Shown here piece by piece: positions 19,836 to 20,000 of a stretch of DNA of 20,000 bases. The stretch is taken from positions 241,769 to 261,768 of the forward strand of contig CAJNYD010000048.1 in the NCBI GenBank assembly GCA_905331295.1, written 5' to 3'. The position numbers and the translations under genes are program-made. Numbering within the stretch: position 1 is the stretch's first letter; every line of letters starts with the position of its first letter. This DNA comes from Rotaria socialis (Eukaryota). Below the pieces are notes generated by a model, which did no database searches, was not told where the DNA came from, and saw only the letters and a list, made by a program, of their open reading frames with translations.

Positions 19836-20000
19836 ATGAATAACTCAACAACATCATCATCATCATCATCAATCGCCGCTCTCGATATAATTCCTGATCC
19901 TGAAAACAATCAGGTAATTATTTTTCGACAAAATAATATACAACACGTGGTCGACATCGATGAAGATGAATTAAACATTGAATTAGGTCTCGATTTCAAT
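19836..20000 (+). CDS. 5' start of a gene of unknown function that runs off the window
   Basis: The ATG at 19836 opens 55 uninterrupted codons, MNNSTTSSSSSSIAALDIIPDPENNQVIIFRQNNIQHVVDIDEDELNIELGLDFN, in a very AT-rich background. A splice-acceptor-like TTTTCTTCGTAG lies upstream. Confidence 0.5.
   Translation, partial: MNNSTTSSSSSSIAALDIIPDPENNQVIIFRQNNIQHVVDIDEDELNIELGLDFN

Overview
AT-rich eukaryotic DNA with very short GT-AG introns (about 47-62 nt), (GGGTGT)n telomere-like tracts and minimal hammerhead ribozyme (HHR) motifs. This fits a bdelloid rotifer such as Adineta or Rotaria, which is my inference and not a database result. The core of the window is a head-to-head pair of long, uninterrupted paralogous septin/AIG1-like (TRAFAC) GTPase genes with coiled-coil tails (11740-13371 minus, 13806-15254 plus). 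One has a Cys/His-rich module and the other has a low-complexity insert at the equivalent position. HHR motifs flank the pair: a 162-163 bp tandem repeat with one type I HHR per unit (retrozyme or Penelope pLTR-like), two related HHR motifs in direct orientation on either side, and a further one at 16.7 kb. The left 11 kb is a transposon and gene-fragment mosaic. It holds a MULE-like remnant, an LTR retrotransposon 3' end, truncated RdRP-like, PARP-like and PPPDE-like genes, a DINE/HINE-like element, a 2.45 kb CACT...AGTG TIR element with nested satellites, and one intact six-exon TPR gene that the ORF track misses. The last 3 kb is very AT-rich, and a CDS appears to start at 19836 and run off the window.
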